From Eledone cirrhosa (taxonomy: Eukaryota), in assembly GCA_964016885.1 (NCBI GenBank), contig CAXHJY010001012.1:30761-94760 (forward strand): a stretch of DNA of 64,000 nt, written 5' to 3'. The translations under genes were made by a program, and so were the position numbers. The notes beneath the pieces were generated by a model, which was not told the DNA's origin, made no database searches, and saw nothing but the letters and a program-made list of their open reading frames with translations. Positions 1-12,522 of this stretch are shown here, piece after piece (the stretch's first letter is position 1; each line of letters opens with the position of its first letter).

Positions 1-118
1 CAAGTAATTCTTCTATTTACTAAGAACATCTTGGTGGAAACCTGCAATAGAATTTTTAGCAAATCTTGTAAAATTATTGCAAAACTTTTGCGAGAAAAAA
101 TTCTGGCAGTAGCCCTGT

Positions 119-985
119 ATCTTAGCACAAATCATTTGTAGGTATTATTCTTGTCGAAAATATGTAATACTATATAAACATATATATATGTATGTTTATG
201 TACATATGCATGTATGTACCTTTCTGATATGTGTGTGTGTGTATGTATGTATGTATGTATGTATGTATGTATGTATGTATGTATGTATGTATGTATGTAT
301 GGGAGAGATGACCACTTAGCCTTTGTCAAGGCAGAATTCTAGGAGAAGGAAAACTCTGATATAACACCTGCAACCCTGAACTTGTTCTTTTTGGTAAATA
401 TCATCTTGGTTAAGAGAGTGGGACTGGCTTTGTGCAGTGCCTTTGCTCACTATAAAAGCTTCATGGCACAGGCATTGCTTTATATCTGGAGATCTCTCTG
501 CACTTGTCGTCACATGGTACCATGGGCCCAGCACTATGTGTCAATAATTGTCACAGGTGTAGTGTTTGTACCAGAGTTTTCAAGTCGCTGGCTGGACTAA
601 AAAGTCACACTCGTTCAACGCATCAGTAGGGGTTCTCCTATATGGATATAAAGTAGTGGCCGTACTCGAAAACGAGTTGGCAGCCACCATGTATCTATGT
701 ATGTATGTATGTATCTATCTATCTATCTTAGCACAAATCATTTGTAGGTATTATTCTTGTCGAAAATATGTAATAATATATAAACATATATATATGTATG
801 TTTATGTACATATGCATGTATGTATGTATGTATGTATGTATGTATGTATGTATGTATGTATGTATGTATGTATGTATGTACAAATCATTTGTAGGTATTA
901 TTCTTGTCGAAAATATGTAATAATATATAAACATATATATATGTATGTTTATGTACATATGCATGTATGTACCTTTCTGATATGT
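119..985. repeat. Three direct copies of a ~100-120 bp sequence (119-235, 725-820, 880-985) flanking the RTE fragment
   Basis: ACAAATCATTTGTAGGTATTATTCTTGTCGAAAATATGTAAT... occurs three times. Confidence 0.9.
540..700 (+). mobile_element. 3' end of RTE-clade LINE (last C2H2 finger, 3' UTR, (ATGT)n tail)
   Basis: Frame 552-629 reads HRCSVCTRVFKSLAGLKSHTRSTHQ*, matching the last finger at 14948-15019. The UTR GGCCGTACTCGAAAACGAGTTGGCAGCCACCAT matches 15178-15210. Confidence 0.75.
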
Positions 986-1089
986 TTATGTATGTATGTA
1001 TGTATATATATGTATATATCATATAATATAATTTGTTTCTAATATATATATATATGTAGGAGGTGAGTTTTATTGTAGTACAATAAAGC

Positions 1090-1198
1090 AATGCAGATAT
1101 CGGATAAGAAGCACTCTACAGTTTGTAGGACTGGAGTATACATAATATATAAGATCAAAAATAAAATACATGGAACTCATTTAACCATCTTTTGATCT

Positions 1199-1202
<4 letters not shown>
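1090..1202. mobile_element. Fold-back 3' tail of the PLE-like family seen at 19570-19851
   Basis: GAACTCATTTAACCATCTTTTGATCTTA is shared with 19821-19849. Inverted ATAAGATCAAAA. Bulged hairpin at 1111-1138 (-). Confidence 0.6.
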
Positions 1203-1262
<60 letters not shown>

Positions 1263-1277
1263 ATCAATATATGTACA

Positions 1278-1319
<42 letters not shown>

Positions 1320-1350
1320 ATCAATATATGTACATTCATATATATATATT

Positions 1351-1383
<33 letters not shown>

Positions 1384-2729
1384 ACATTTATGAATGTGTG
1401 TATATATATATATTTATATATATATGTCCATATATGAATGTGTGTGTATATATATATATATATATATAAATAAATATATATACATTTATGAATGTATACA
1501 TATATTAATGTATGTACATTTATGAATGTACACACACATATATATATATATAATATAATATAATTTTCTTCTAATATATACATATACGTACGTATATATA
1601 TATATAAGAAAGAAATTATCATCAATATTGTCTTACCTCATGTGTTTCAATTCATTGACACATGCGTCGTTAGTTGTCAGTTTTCAAGTCAACGAACACG
1701 TGACATTGTTGTCACTTGGCCTTTGTTTGTTTTTATTTATTTATTTATTTATTTATTTATTCATTTATTTGTTTGTGTATTTGTTTTTGTTTCTGTAATT
1801 TTTTTTTTCTTTTGGTCTTTATTTTTTTTTTTTTTGGAGGGCGGTGGTGATGGAGGTTTTGTTTGCGTAACTTAGCCTTCACATACCGACATTGTAGGGG
1901 GAGGGTTTGAGAGGAGAGAGATGCGTACATCTGTGCATGTGTGTGTGTGTGGGGGGGGGGGGGGGGGGGGGGGAGAATGTTAGAAATTTTCAAATGAAAA
2001 CAATAACAATCGCTGTCAGTCAATAATTTCAGACAAAATCTTCAACAACAGATAATAATAATAATAATAATAATAATAATTTCATTTATTGGCCACAAGG
2101 GCCGACATATAGGGGACAATTCAAAGACAGGGACAGTGGGGGGGGTTTACAATAAAATTGAGTGAAAATACGCCCTAACTAAAAACAATACTGAAAGAAT
2201 ATAAAAATAATAATAATAACATTGATAAAAATAAAAATAAAAATAAAATAAGGACGACGATGATAATGATGATGATGATGGTGATAATGATGTCGTCGCT
2301 TAAGAGAATGTCTTAAATGATTTTGTAGCCTATAGAATTGAGTGGATATGATTCGATCTGAAAGAAGATAGACTGTGGATATATGAAAAGATTAATTTTT
2401 GTGTGAATAGCATTGAATTATTAACAGCTTGCTAGGCAGTATTTTAGCAATGAACAGTTGTTACACTTCCCCGTGTGTTTCCTGTGGTTTATCTTTTACA
2501 TGTATTCAAGCTATATTTCCTTTTGGGTGGAAATAATGGCTTAACAATGACATCCTTTCGCTAACACGTGAAGTATTTTTGAAGTTGGAGGAAAAATATG
2601 AGCTACACATGCTGCTTGCAGTTAGAAAGTCGATAGCGAAAGTTCGAGAAAATATTTAAGTGAAAGAGACTTAAAAGACAGTGAACAAATATTAAAGAGA
2701 TAGAAAAATAATATTTTTTTAAAATTAAA

Positions 2730-2760
<31 letters not shown>

Positions 2761-2773
2761 CTACATATATACA

Positions 2774-2815
<42 letters not shown>

Positions 2816-2851
2816 TTTTTATATATATATATATATATATACATATATTTT

Positions 2852-2911
<60 letters not shown>

Positions 2912-2913
2912 TT

Positions 2914-2946
<33 letters not shown>

Positions 2947-2975
2947 TTATATATATATATAGATATATATATATT

Positions 2976-3095
<120 letters not shown>

Positions 3096-3604
3096 TATTT
3101 ATATATATATATATAGATATTTATATATATATATATAGATATTTATATATATATATATAGATATTTATATATATATATATAGATATTTATATATATATAT
3201 ATAGATATTTATATATATATATATAGATATATATATATATATATATAGATATTTATATATATATATATAGATATATATATATATATATATAGATATATAT
3301 ATATATATATATAGATATATATAGATATTTATATATATATATATATAGATATTTATATATATATATATATAGATATTTATATATATATATACACATATAT
3401 ATGTATTTATATATATATATATATAATTTTTTAAAAATACAACAACAAGAACAACAGTTTTAAAAACAAAATAAGCAACAATATACAATCCCATTTTCAA
3501 CAAAACAATATTTGTAAGAGAAAGACAGAGAAAATTGAATGAATAACGATTTATGAATTCATTTTTCGTTCGGAAAGCATGACGTGGGAAGGAAGGAATT
3601 TCAC

Positions 3605-3646
<42 letters not shown>

Positions 3647-3668
3647 CTGAAGAGTTTAGAAAACATAC

Positions 3669-3924
3669 CTATCACTTCATACAATTTATTTTGTGGTGTT
3701 TTTTGTTTAGTTTTGTTTAGTTTATGTTTAATTTTTATTTTCAACTATTTTCACGAGGTGTGAGCTAACTGGCGATTTTTGAAGACAATGTATTTTTGAA
3801 AGTGATAGTCAACGATAGAATTTTGGTAAAACAGCAGGAAGTTGTTCTATTGGGGAAATATTGATATGGAAGTTTTCGAAGCTTCTCTAACTAAATAAAG
3901 TTGGTTGCTTTATCTCTTGATATC
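3669..3924 (-). other. Candidate non-coding (UTR or lncRNA) exon
   Basis: Minus-strand acceptor TTCTTCAAATTCGTTACAG| and donor ATAG|GTATGT bracket 256 nt of unique sequence. Stops occur in all three frames. Confidence 0.25.
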
Positions 3925-4007
3925 CTGTAACGAATTTGAAGAAAATGTCTTAATATGGCGGATGTTAATTCAAACATTTAGAGTGTCTTTTACGTTTAGT
4001 GTCTTCA

Positions 4008-5160
4008 CCTTTAAGCCCAGCTAGGGCAGCCATATAAGGGTCACATATCTGAGAGGTATATTACTGAACCTTAATGGATCACATATTTATACAGGGCTGG
4101 AGCTACCTTTAAAGCCAACTCGGGCAACCACCTAAGGTACAGACCTCAGAGAGTAACATTATGGAACCTTAAAATGTCAAAAGGTCAGTTTTATACAGGG
4201 TTGGTGCCACCGCTAAGGTTAACTAGGCAGTCAGATAGGGCACAGACCTCAAGGAGATACATTACTGGATCTTAAAGCCTCACAGATCTATAAATGGTTG
4301 GTGTTACCCTTAAGGCCACCAAGGGCACAGCTTCAGAGAGGTATATTATAGAACCTTAAAGGATCACATATTTATTCAGGGTTGGTGTTACCTTTAAAGC
4401 CAGCTCGGGCAACCACCTAGAGCACAGACCTCAGAGAGGTGCTTTACTGGATCTTAAAGGTTCACAGTTTTATACAGGGCTGGTGTTACCATTAAGGCCA
4501 ACTAGGGCTCAGATATCACGGAGGTACGTTACTGGACCGCAAAGGATCAGTTTTATACAGGACTGGAGTTACCATTAAGGCCAACTAGGGCTCAGATATC
4601 ACGGAGGTACGTTACTGGACCGCAAAGGATCAGTTTTATACAGGGCTGGTGTTACAATTAAGGCCAATTAGCGCTCAGATATCACGGAGGTACGTTACTG
4701 GACCGCAAAGGATCAGTTTTATACAGGACTGGAGTTACCATTAAGGCCAACTAGGGCTCAGATATCACGGAGGTACGTTACTGGACCGCAAAGGATCAGT
4801 TTTATACAGGGCTGGTGTTACAATTAAGGCCAATTAGCGCTCAGATATCACGGAGGTACGTTACTGGACCCCAAAGGATCAGTTTTATTCAGGGCTGGTG
4901 TTACCATTAAGGCCAACTAGGGCTCAGATATCACGGAGGTACGTTACTGGACCGCAAAGGATCAGTTTTATACAGGACTGGAGTTACTATTAAAGCCAAC
5001 TAGGCAGCCACATAAAGCACACACCTCAGAGAGGTGTATTATTGAAACTTAAAGGGTCACGATTTTATATGAATTTTTGTATCATACATACTGGGCTAGA
5101 GTTACCATTAAGGCCAACAAGCTCAGCCATACAAAGCTCAGATATCAGAGATGTACTTTA
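4008..5160. repeat. Tandem satellite, 83-bp homogeneous core units with diverged 84-104 bp flanking units
   Basis: TATACAGG(G/A)CTGG(T/A)GTTAC... recurs at 4471, 4554, 4637, 4720, 4803, 4886 and 4969, with diverged copies at 4088, 4192, 4289 and 4373. Confidence 0.95.
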
Positions 5161-5238
5161 CTTAACCATAATATTTAAAAACAAAGGCTATTACAAATAG
5201 CCTTTGTTTTTAAATTCATATCTTACGTCCATATTAAA

Positions 5239-5313
5239 TTTTCATTCTGATGAGTGATTTCAGACGTCTCTGTTGAGCTCGTCTGTCTTCGTGAAACCTT
5301 TGGTAAATGGAAT
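5239..5313 (+). ncRNA. Type I hammerhead ribozyme with long helix II (family G)
   Basis: Helix I TTTCATT/AATGGAA; CTGATGA 5247-5253; helix II includes AGACG/CGTCT; GAAA 5293-5296; helix III CC-ttt-GG; GUA site at 5305. Homolog at 24796-24867 (-). Confidence 0.7.
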
Positions 5314-5427
5314 AATTGTCTTATGTTGTTTATTACATAATTAAATAGCTCTGTAACATACATAGAACATCCTCCTTTCCTTTACTCCTCCTACGGAAAT
5401 ACTTCATATATATATGTATATATATAT

Positions 5428-5630
5428 AGGAAAATGTTCAAGACCTCGACGACAGAGCTCAAGCCGTTTCGACGGCTATTTCTGGACCGTCTGGAAATAG
5501 CCATCGAAACGGCTTGAGCTCTGCCGCCGGGGTCTGGAACATTTTCCAATTACCCACACTACTACCCTAAGTATTGAGTAATCTGGGGCGTTATGGTCCA
5601 TCTTGTTCCTTATCACATCTCCTTCGTTAT
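5428..5630 (+). mobile_element. PLE-like terminus family F (3' half of HHR plus tail), fold-back
   Basis: Palindrome 5428-5547; GAAA-CGGC-loop-GCCG-(T/C)C-GGGGTC; tail CCCTAAGTATTGAGTA...; (TA)n flanks. Other copies at 7570-7700, 36465-36525, 36944-37107, 53293-53475, 53961-54078 and 61151-61338. Confidence 0.7.
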
Positions 5631-5789
5631 ATATATATATATATATATATATTTTGGTGGGGAACAATAACTGAGAGAAGGGATCGTGTCACATTGTAAG
5701 TCTTGCTTACTTAGGTTGATAAATATCCAACTTCCGGACATCCCGCGTAACAAAATATTATAAGGTCCTTTTGTCCGACCGACCCTCTA

Positions 5790-6408
5790 CCTAAGTCAGG
5801 TCACCAGTTGGTGCTACTGGTAACATGTATCCCAGTACAACATGTCTCATGGTCGGGTCGTTGGCGACTAAACTGGCAACCCCACCAAGATTTCTTGGTG
5901 AGGAGGGTGACTTTGGACATCCCGCAGGACTAAAAACAAAACCTGTCAAAGGGCAAAGGAACTCCTGGGAGCTCTTAAGAGCTCTTGGAGTCAATGGCCA
6001 TCCGAAACCAGCACGGCCCGCCGAAAGGCGTTGCAGTGCCGGAAAAGTCAACCTCCTGCTACTAGTATGCTGGTAAGCTAGTACAACCTATCTCCAGACG
6101 GATAGAGTGGGTCCGTAGCTTTGGTTAGCAACTACTCTAGTGCTTGCAACACGAACAATTAGGGCGAGGGTATAAATGCCAGGTTGGTATCTGGCGCCGG
6201 GTAACCCACCACACGGAGGAGAAAGCACCTTCTTCAAGACTTGGCTGTCAAATTCTTTCACATGTGTGTAGTAGTGGCGCCCACACACGTTATTAGCTAT
6301 TTGAAAAGATGATGGATTTCGCAACTAACTGCACCAGGGTTCTTAATTCTGGGGCATGAGAGTGAGATTCATCATCTCGACAGTAGTCGACGAAGGATGA
6401 TGATGACT
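5790..6408 (+). mobile_element. GC-rich structured element, possibly an internally deleted RTE (5' UTR plus 3' tail)
   Basis: Many hairpins, no credible ORF, ends in TCATCTCGACAGTAGTCGACGAAG(GAT)n. The RTE assignment is by resemblance only. Confidence 0.35.
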
Positions 6409-6699
6409 GGGTATGCCCACGCACCGCCTTTGTAGATGTAAATATGCTACTTGTTTGATTTTTTCCGCTTTTTTTTTTTTTTTTTTGTTTGTTTTATTTT
6501 CCTACAGACAGGGGTCAATAACTTGAAAGGTTTTTAACTCTTATTGATTTGTGAGATCAATGACATCTTAATCACAAGTAATTCGTCTCCGACATTTAAA
6601 ATAAAATGGCGGGATTACATATTTTGTTTGCATTTATATTCTCTTTCAAACAACAAAAGATTAACATTTATTTTCATAATAATACCGATAATGACAATG

Positions 6700-6886
6700 A
6701 TAATTGTTTCTACTTTTGGCACAAGGCCAGCAATTATACCAGTGTATTACTGGTACTTTATTTTATCGACCCCGTAAGGATGAAAGGCAAAATTAACCTC
6801 GCCAGGATTTGAAATCAGACCCTAAAGGGCCGTAACTCTTTGCTGAAAAGCATGGCGTCCGACCCTCTACCGATACTGCCAATCCA
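6700..6886 (-). mobile_element. tRNA-derived SINE, family 1
   Basis: Reverse complement of 20035-20228. Confidence 0.85.
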
Positions 6887-6919
6887 ATGATTATGATGAT
6901 GAGGGAGAGTGATCGACTC

Positions 6920-7120
6920 GGGATGGGTTTCCCAAGATTTTTGAAACGCAGAACCCTTTTTGGTTCAGAAACCTTTGTGGTAGAGGGATAACCCTCAAAT
7001 CTAATACTGTTATATGGTCGAAATATAAATATACCCCTTTACCGTTTTTTACAGAACCTCAGTCACCCCTTTGTTGAAACCTTGGGTTCCATGGAACCTA
7101 CTTAGGGAACGACCGGCCTA
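6920..7120. mobile_element. Degenerate hAT-like MITE
   Basis: Imperfect ends GGGTTTCCCAAG...CTTAGGGAACGACCGG and an internal GGTTCCATGGAACC palindrome. Confidence 0.35.
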
Positions 7121-7468
7121 GGGAATGGTCAAGAGAGGATGTGTCGACGGTTAAAGGGTTCGTTCGGATCGCAACTACGTGATGTGATTTTGGGGTCCAT
7201 TTCCGACCAAGTAGCACCACTCAGGCTCTGTTAAATATCTTTTATTATAGTCTCGGGGTCAACAATGGTTTATCAACGAAATACACACTCTCTCTCTCTC
7301 TCTCTCTCTCTCCCCTCTCTCCCCCTCTCCCTCCTCTCTCTCCGCCTCCCTTTATCTCCCCCCCCTCTCTCCCCCCTCCCCTCTCTCTCCCCCTCCTCGC
7401 TCTCTCTCTCTCCCTCCCCTCTCTCTCTCTCTCGCTCTCACACCTGTGTGTGTATATATATGTGTTTG

Positions 7469-7513
<45 letters not shown>

Positions 7514-7517
7514 CACA

Positions 7518-7548
<31 letters not shown>

Positions 7549-7695
7549 TATATATATATATATATATGTATGACCCCGACGGCAGAGCTCAAGCCGTTTC
7601 GTCGGCTATTTCTGGACTATTACCATCTCCACTACCCTAAGTATTGAGTACTCTGGTGCGTTATGGTCCATCTGGTTCCTTACCACAACTCTTTC

Positions 7696-7743
<48 letters not shown>

Positions 7744-7861
7744 CACGCCCACAGATTTATGCTTACACAGGTACCCAGATACATTTTTTTATTTATATTC
7801 ATATTGGTAACAAATACGCACACATACACTTCTATTATATATATATAAAATAAAGTACCAG

Positions 7862-7901
<40 letters not shown>

Positions 7902-7955
7902 AAGTACCAGTAATGCACTGGGTAATTGCTGGCCTTGTGCCTAAAGTAGAAACAA

Positions 7956-7986
<31 letters not shown>

Positions 7987-8060
7987 ACTAAAGATTAATA
8001 TGCCAATACTGGAATTGTATAATCAAGACCGTAGCGGTATGTCATATATCAAATCACATA

Positions 8061-8126
8061 TTTTATCTGATGAAGACGTACTGAAAAAAAAAAAAACACA
8101 GTACCTTTGAAATATATATAATAAAG
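8061..8126 (+). ncRNA. Type I hammerhead ribozyme (family A2)
   Basis: TTTTAT/ATAAAG; CTGATGA 8067; helix II AGAC-GTACTG/CAGTAC-CTTT; GAAA; TATATA; UA site 8120. Confidence 0.75.
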
Positions 8127-8256
8127 CATATATTTTGATTAGTGAATATCTTTCATTTGTTAATATTTTGAATAATATATATATATATATATATATAACT
8201 TGAACCGCTAAGAGATATTCTCCTTGGTTATGTCAAAATTTATAAAACACACTTCG

Positions 8257-8317
8257 TATTTTATCTGATGAGAGCGTACCAAAATGTTGGTACCCTTGAA
8301 ATATATATAATAGAATA
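8257..8317 (+). ncRNA. Type I hammerhead ribozyme (family A)
   Basis: 8-bp helix I TATTTTAT/ATAGAATA; CTGATGA 8265; helix II GAGC-GTACCAA/TTGGTAC-CCTT; GAAA; TATATA; site 8309. Confidence 0.8.
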
Positions 8318-8397
8318 AATATGGTTTTATAAATATAGTTTCCATTTATTTAATATCATTGTGTATATATATATATATAATAGAAGTGTATTTTTGC

Positions 8398-8443
<46 letters not shown>

Positions 8444-8641
8444 GGGTGTATGTGTGTGTCAACACGATCTAGTATGTATGTATGTGCTTCAGAGCATGCG
8501 TTTCTATATTTATGTGTGTGTATGTATGTGTGTGTTTGTACAAAATGGTCCATGTGTTGACAAGCTGTCTTTAACGAAGTGTGTGGCCAGTAACATGTGA
8601 GAAGATAATAGGGATGTATATACCTTATAACCGCATCTCTC

Positions 8642-8690
<49 letters not shown>

Positions 8691-8859
8691 GTTTAAATAT
8701 ATATATATATACACACGTTTAAATATATATATATACACATTCAGAGTCTCATACATTACAATAGCATCAGGCATGAAACAATGCCTTTCCGCCTCTCTCT
8801 ACGTGCATGTATATATATTTATATACATATATACACATACATATATGTATGTGTGCTTA

Positions 8860-8900
<41 letters not shown>

Positions 8901-9056
8901 CTCTCTCCCTTTATATATATATATTTATATATATATATATGGGAGGGTCATACGAAAAAGGAAATATGTATATACATATATATATTATATATATAAATAT
9001 ATATACACATCTGTCTCTCTCGCTCTATATATATATATAATATATATATATATATG

Positions 9057-9124
<68 letters not shown>

Positions 9125-9555
9125 CACACACACACTCACAGACGTACGTACACACATGTTCCTATTTTGAAATATATACCCGGAAAACGGAACAAAGAAT
9201 AAACAATACAACATTACACACGCATCTCTCTATATAAAACAATGACACAACGTCTTAAGTCTAACACCAGAATGACAGAATCACCAGTTTAACGTTATAA
9301 CGAACACGAATACACTCTCTTCAAACGTTATTAACTGTCGTCCATTTTTATAGCTGTTGACTTCATCATTATCTCCTTTTTCATCGTCGTCATCTATATT
9401 GTTGTTGTTATAGATGTTGATTTTATCAATTATTGCTATTAGTGACGTTGTCATTATAATGTTGTTGTTCTTGTTGTTGTTTTTTTACGTAAGTTTATAT
9501 GTTGTTGTTCTTGTTATATACCGCGTGGCTTGTATTTTATTATATACACACACAA

Positions 9556-9604
<49 letters not shown>

Positions 9605-9877
9605 TGTGTGTGTGTGCGTATGTATACATAAATATATTTATATAGACACATATTTACATATATATCTATATATACATACAGACACACACTCACGCACACA
9701 CACATACACACAAACATATATATATATATATATATATATGTACATTTATGCATGCATATATATGAGGGTATATATAGTTACATACATTTATATATTTATA
9801 TATACGTATATATTTATAATATATACATACATTTATATATATATTTATATGTATACATACATAGATACCTATACGTG

Positions 9878-9928
<51 letters not shown>

Positions 9929-9939
9929 ATATATTTATT

Positions 9940-9992
<53 letters not shown>

Positions 9993-10051
9993 ATATTTAT
10001 ATATATATTTATATATTTATATATATATTTATATATTTATATATATATTTA

Positions 10052-10130
<79 letters not shown>

Positions 10131-10714
10131 ATATATACATACATACACATATACAAATATAAAGATATATATATATATATATGTATTTTTTCCTATATAT
10201 TATTTCCTCTGTTAGATAAGAGACTGTAATTTCATTAGGTACCTTGGTGAGACTTAATTAACTCTAACCAATATATCTCAAAAGATTAGGTGGAGTTTTC
10301 CTAAAGAAAATCGAGAAAGTTCCTAATTTGAAAGAAACAAGTGAAGGCGGCGGCGGATGAGAGGGTGTAGGAGTGGGCGAGGCGGGGCGGAAACTTAACA
10401 ACTTTGTCAAATTCTAAAGTTTTTCCTTTTGTTTGTTGCCTTTGTTTTGTTTCTTCCTTGTTTTGTCCGATATTTTTCTGTTGTTGTTTTTTGTTTTGTT
10501 TTTTGTTTTTTCCGAAGGGGGCGGCGGGGGGGGGGGGTCTTATTATCATTAATATTATTATTATTATTATTATTACTATTATTATTATTTTCACCTCTCC
10601 CTTTCTCGCCTTTTTCTCCTCTAATTTCGCCTTTACATGTATTCCTCTCAGCTTTCCTCTCTTTTTTTTATTTTTATTTTTTACTTTTTGAAATTTTTAT
10701 TTTTATTTTTACCA

Positions 10715-10930
10715 TTCTTCTTCTTCTTCTTCTTCTTCTTCTTCTTCTTCTTCTTCTTCTTCTTCTTCTTCTTCTTCTTCGCCTTCTTTTTCTTATTTTT
10801 CTTCTTCTTCTTCTTCTTCGCCTTCTTCTTCTTCGCCTCCTTCTTCTTCTTCTTCCCCTCCTCCTCCGCTTTCTTCTTCTCCTCCTCTTTCTTCTTCTTC
10901 TTCTTTTTCTTCTTCTTCTTCTCCTTCTTT
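10715..10930. repeat. (CTT)n microsatellite
   Basis: Direct inspection. Confidence 0.95.
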
Positions 10931-11195
10931 CTAGAGAAAATGATATTAAATTATTCCAGATAAAACACATCGCTTTGAGAATACCAAAATTTTCCTCGTT
11001 TTTGAAAATATGTTAGTCAAAAAAGTTTTAGTGAAAACACTCGCTAACTGACTCAGTGGCTTCGTAGAACAAGTAGTGCGACATTTTGAAATGTAAAGTT
11101 ACTTAACACATTGAAGAACACTGTCTGCGTAAATATGTTTCGAATCCCTGTTGAATAAAACACATTCACTGTTTACTTTAGGTTAGTTTTCGCTT

Positions 11196-11261
<66 letters not shown>

Positions 11262-11266
<5 letters not shown>

Positions 11267-11874
11267 CAAATATATTACACAGAGAGAAGTGTGTTACACA
11301 GTGAGATGTGTGTAAAAAATTATACTTTAATTCCGATCTTTGTATATTTAACGAGCTCCAGATTGTACAACTAATAAATTCGAATGGTTGGGCAGCTCTC
11401 TCTAGCATTTTCCCCCAATTCAGGAGAGCCGTTATTTGATGGACATAACACGTGATTTCGCCCTACTCTGGGCAGCGTGATATTAGCTTTCTCTCTATCC
11501 ATTAGGCTAGATGTGTGGTAAACAGTACCCATACATGCTGACTGAAGATCCTATGGGCTGTTATACCGCACATTTCTGTGGTGAAACGAACTAAATTCCT
11601 ATCAGCAAGCTTATAGTTATAAGGTTAGTAATTTAAAACTCTACTTCAGAGATTTTATTCTGACTTAGGTTTTTTTCTATTTAATTGCTAACCTGTAGGT
11701 ATTGTTCTCCATACAGTAACGGTTAAACTCACATGTAATATTTTTTTACACATATCTCACTGTGTAACACACTTCTCTCTGTGTAATATATTTGTATTTG
11801 AGCTCAGATGAAAATTCTCTGTTCTTCTTCGAACTAGTATTATTATTATTACTGTAAACTTTAATTCCGATGTT

Positions 11875-11880
<6 letters not shown>
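11262..11880 (+). mobile_element. PLE-like element with inverted terminal copy and internal HHR
   Basis: 11262-11316 is the inverse of 11742-11797. ACTTTAATTCCGAT is a direct repeat at 11324 and 11858. (TA)n flanks. Confidence 0.55.
11536..11607 (+). ncRNA. Type I hammerhead ribozyme, slightly degenerate
   Basis: Helix I TGCTGA/TCAGCA; CTGAAGA 11542; GAAA 11583; helix III CGAA/TTCC (C.C mismatch); UA at 11600-11601. Confidence 0.6.
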
Positions 11881-11932
<52 letters not shown>

Positions 11933-12074
11933 AAAGTATCCACAGTAAGTTGTGGGGTCTATTCTGTATGAAGAACTCAATGTAATCCATATGTTGAAAA
12001 TGTTGTAGGTCCCGGAAATGTTATAAATCCCGGAAAACAATAAAACATTAAAGGAAAAACAGAGTCATAATATT

Positions 12075-12168
12075 AGTTAAAACGATGAAATAAAAAATCA
12101 AGTTATTAGAAATATACATAGAAGTATATTTCTAATGACTTGATATTTTATTTCATTGTTTTAACTTA
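12075..12168. repeat. Inverted repeat with ~43-bp arms
   Basis: AGTTAAAACGATGAAATAAAAAATCAAGTTATTAGAAATATAC ... GTATATTTCTAATGACTTGATATTTTATTTCATTGTTTTAACT. Confidence 0.85.
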
Positions 12169-12195
12169 TATATATCTCTCTCTCTCTATATATAT

Positions 12196-12522
12196 ACGAT
12201 ATTAACAAATGGAAACTATATTTATAAAACCATATTTATTTCATTATACATATTTCAAGGACACCAAGTTAAATTATGGTGTGCTTTCATCAGACAAAAT
12301 ATAATATAGATCAGTTTTATAAATAAATATTGACATATCCTTAAAAAATGCAACCATTACTGTTGGAAGCTCCCGGATAGTAATGGTTGCATTTTTTAAG
12401 GGTATGTCAATATTTATTTATAAAACTGATCTATATTATATTTTGTCTGATGAAAGCACACCATAATTTAACTTGGTGTCCTTGAAATATGTATAATGAA
12501 ATAAATATGGTTTTATAAATAT
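12196..12522. mobile_element. Fold-back family A element with an HHR on each strand (12237-12301 -, 12439-12503 +)
   Basis: Near-perfect ~140-bp arms around a short spacer. CTGATGA-AAGCACACCA/TGGTGTCCTT-GAAA-TATGTA-TA. Confidence 0.85.

Noticed and set aside
4008-5160. CRISPR array
   Set aside because: Units are repeated over their whole length, with no unique spacers and no cas genes. The same applies to 39279-41070.
5799-5912. Complete HDV-like ribozyme
   Set aside because: A P1-like helix with a G.U pair exists, but P3/L3/P1.1 could not be placed in the required order.
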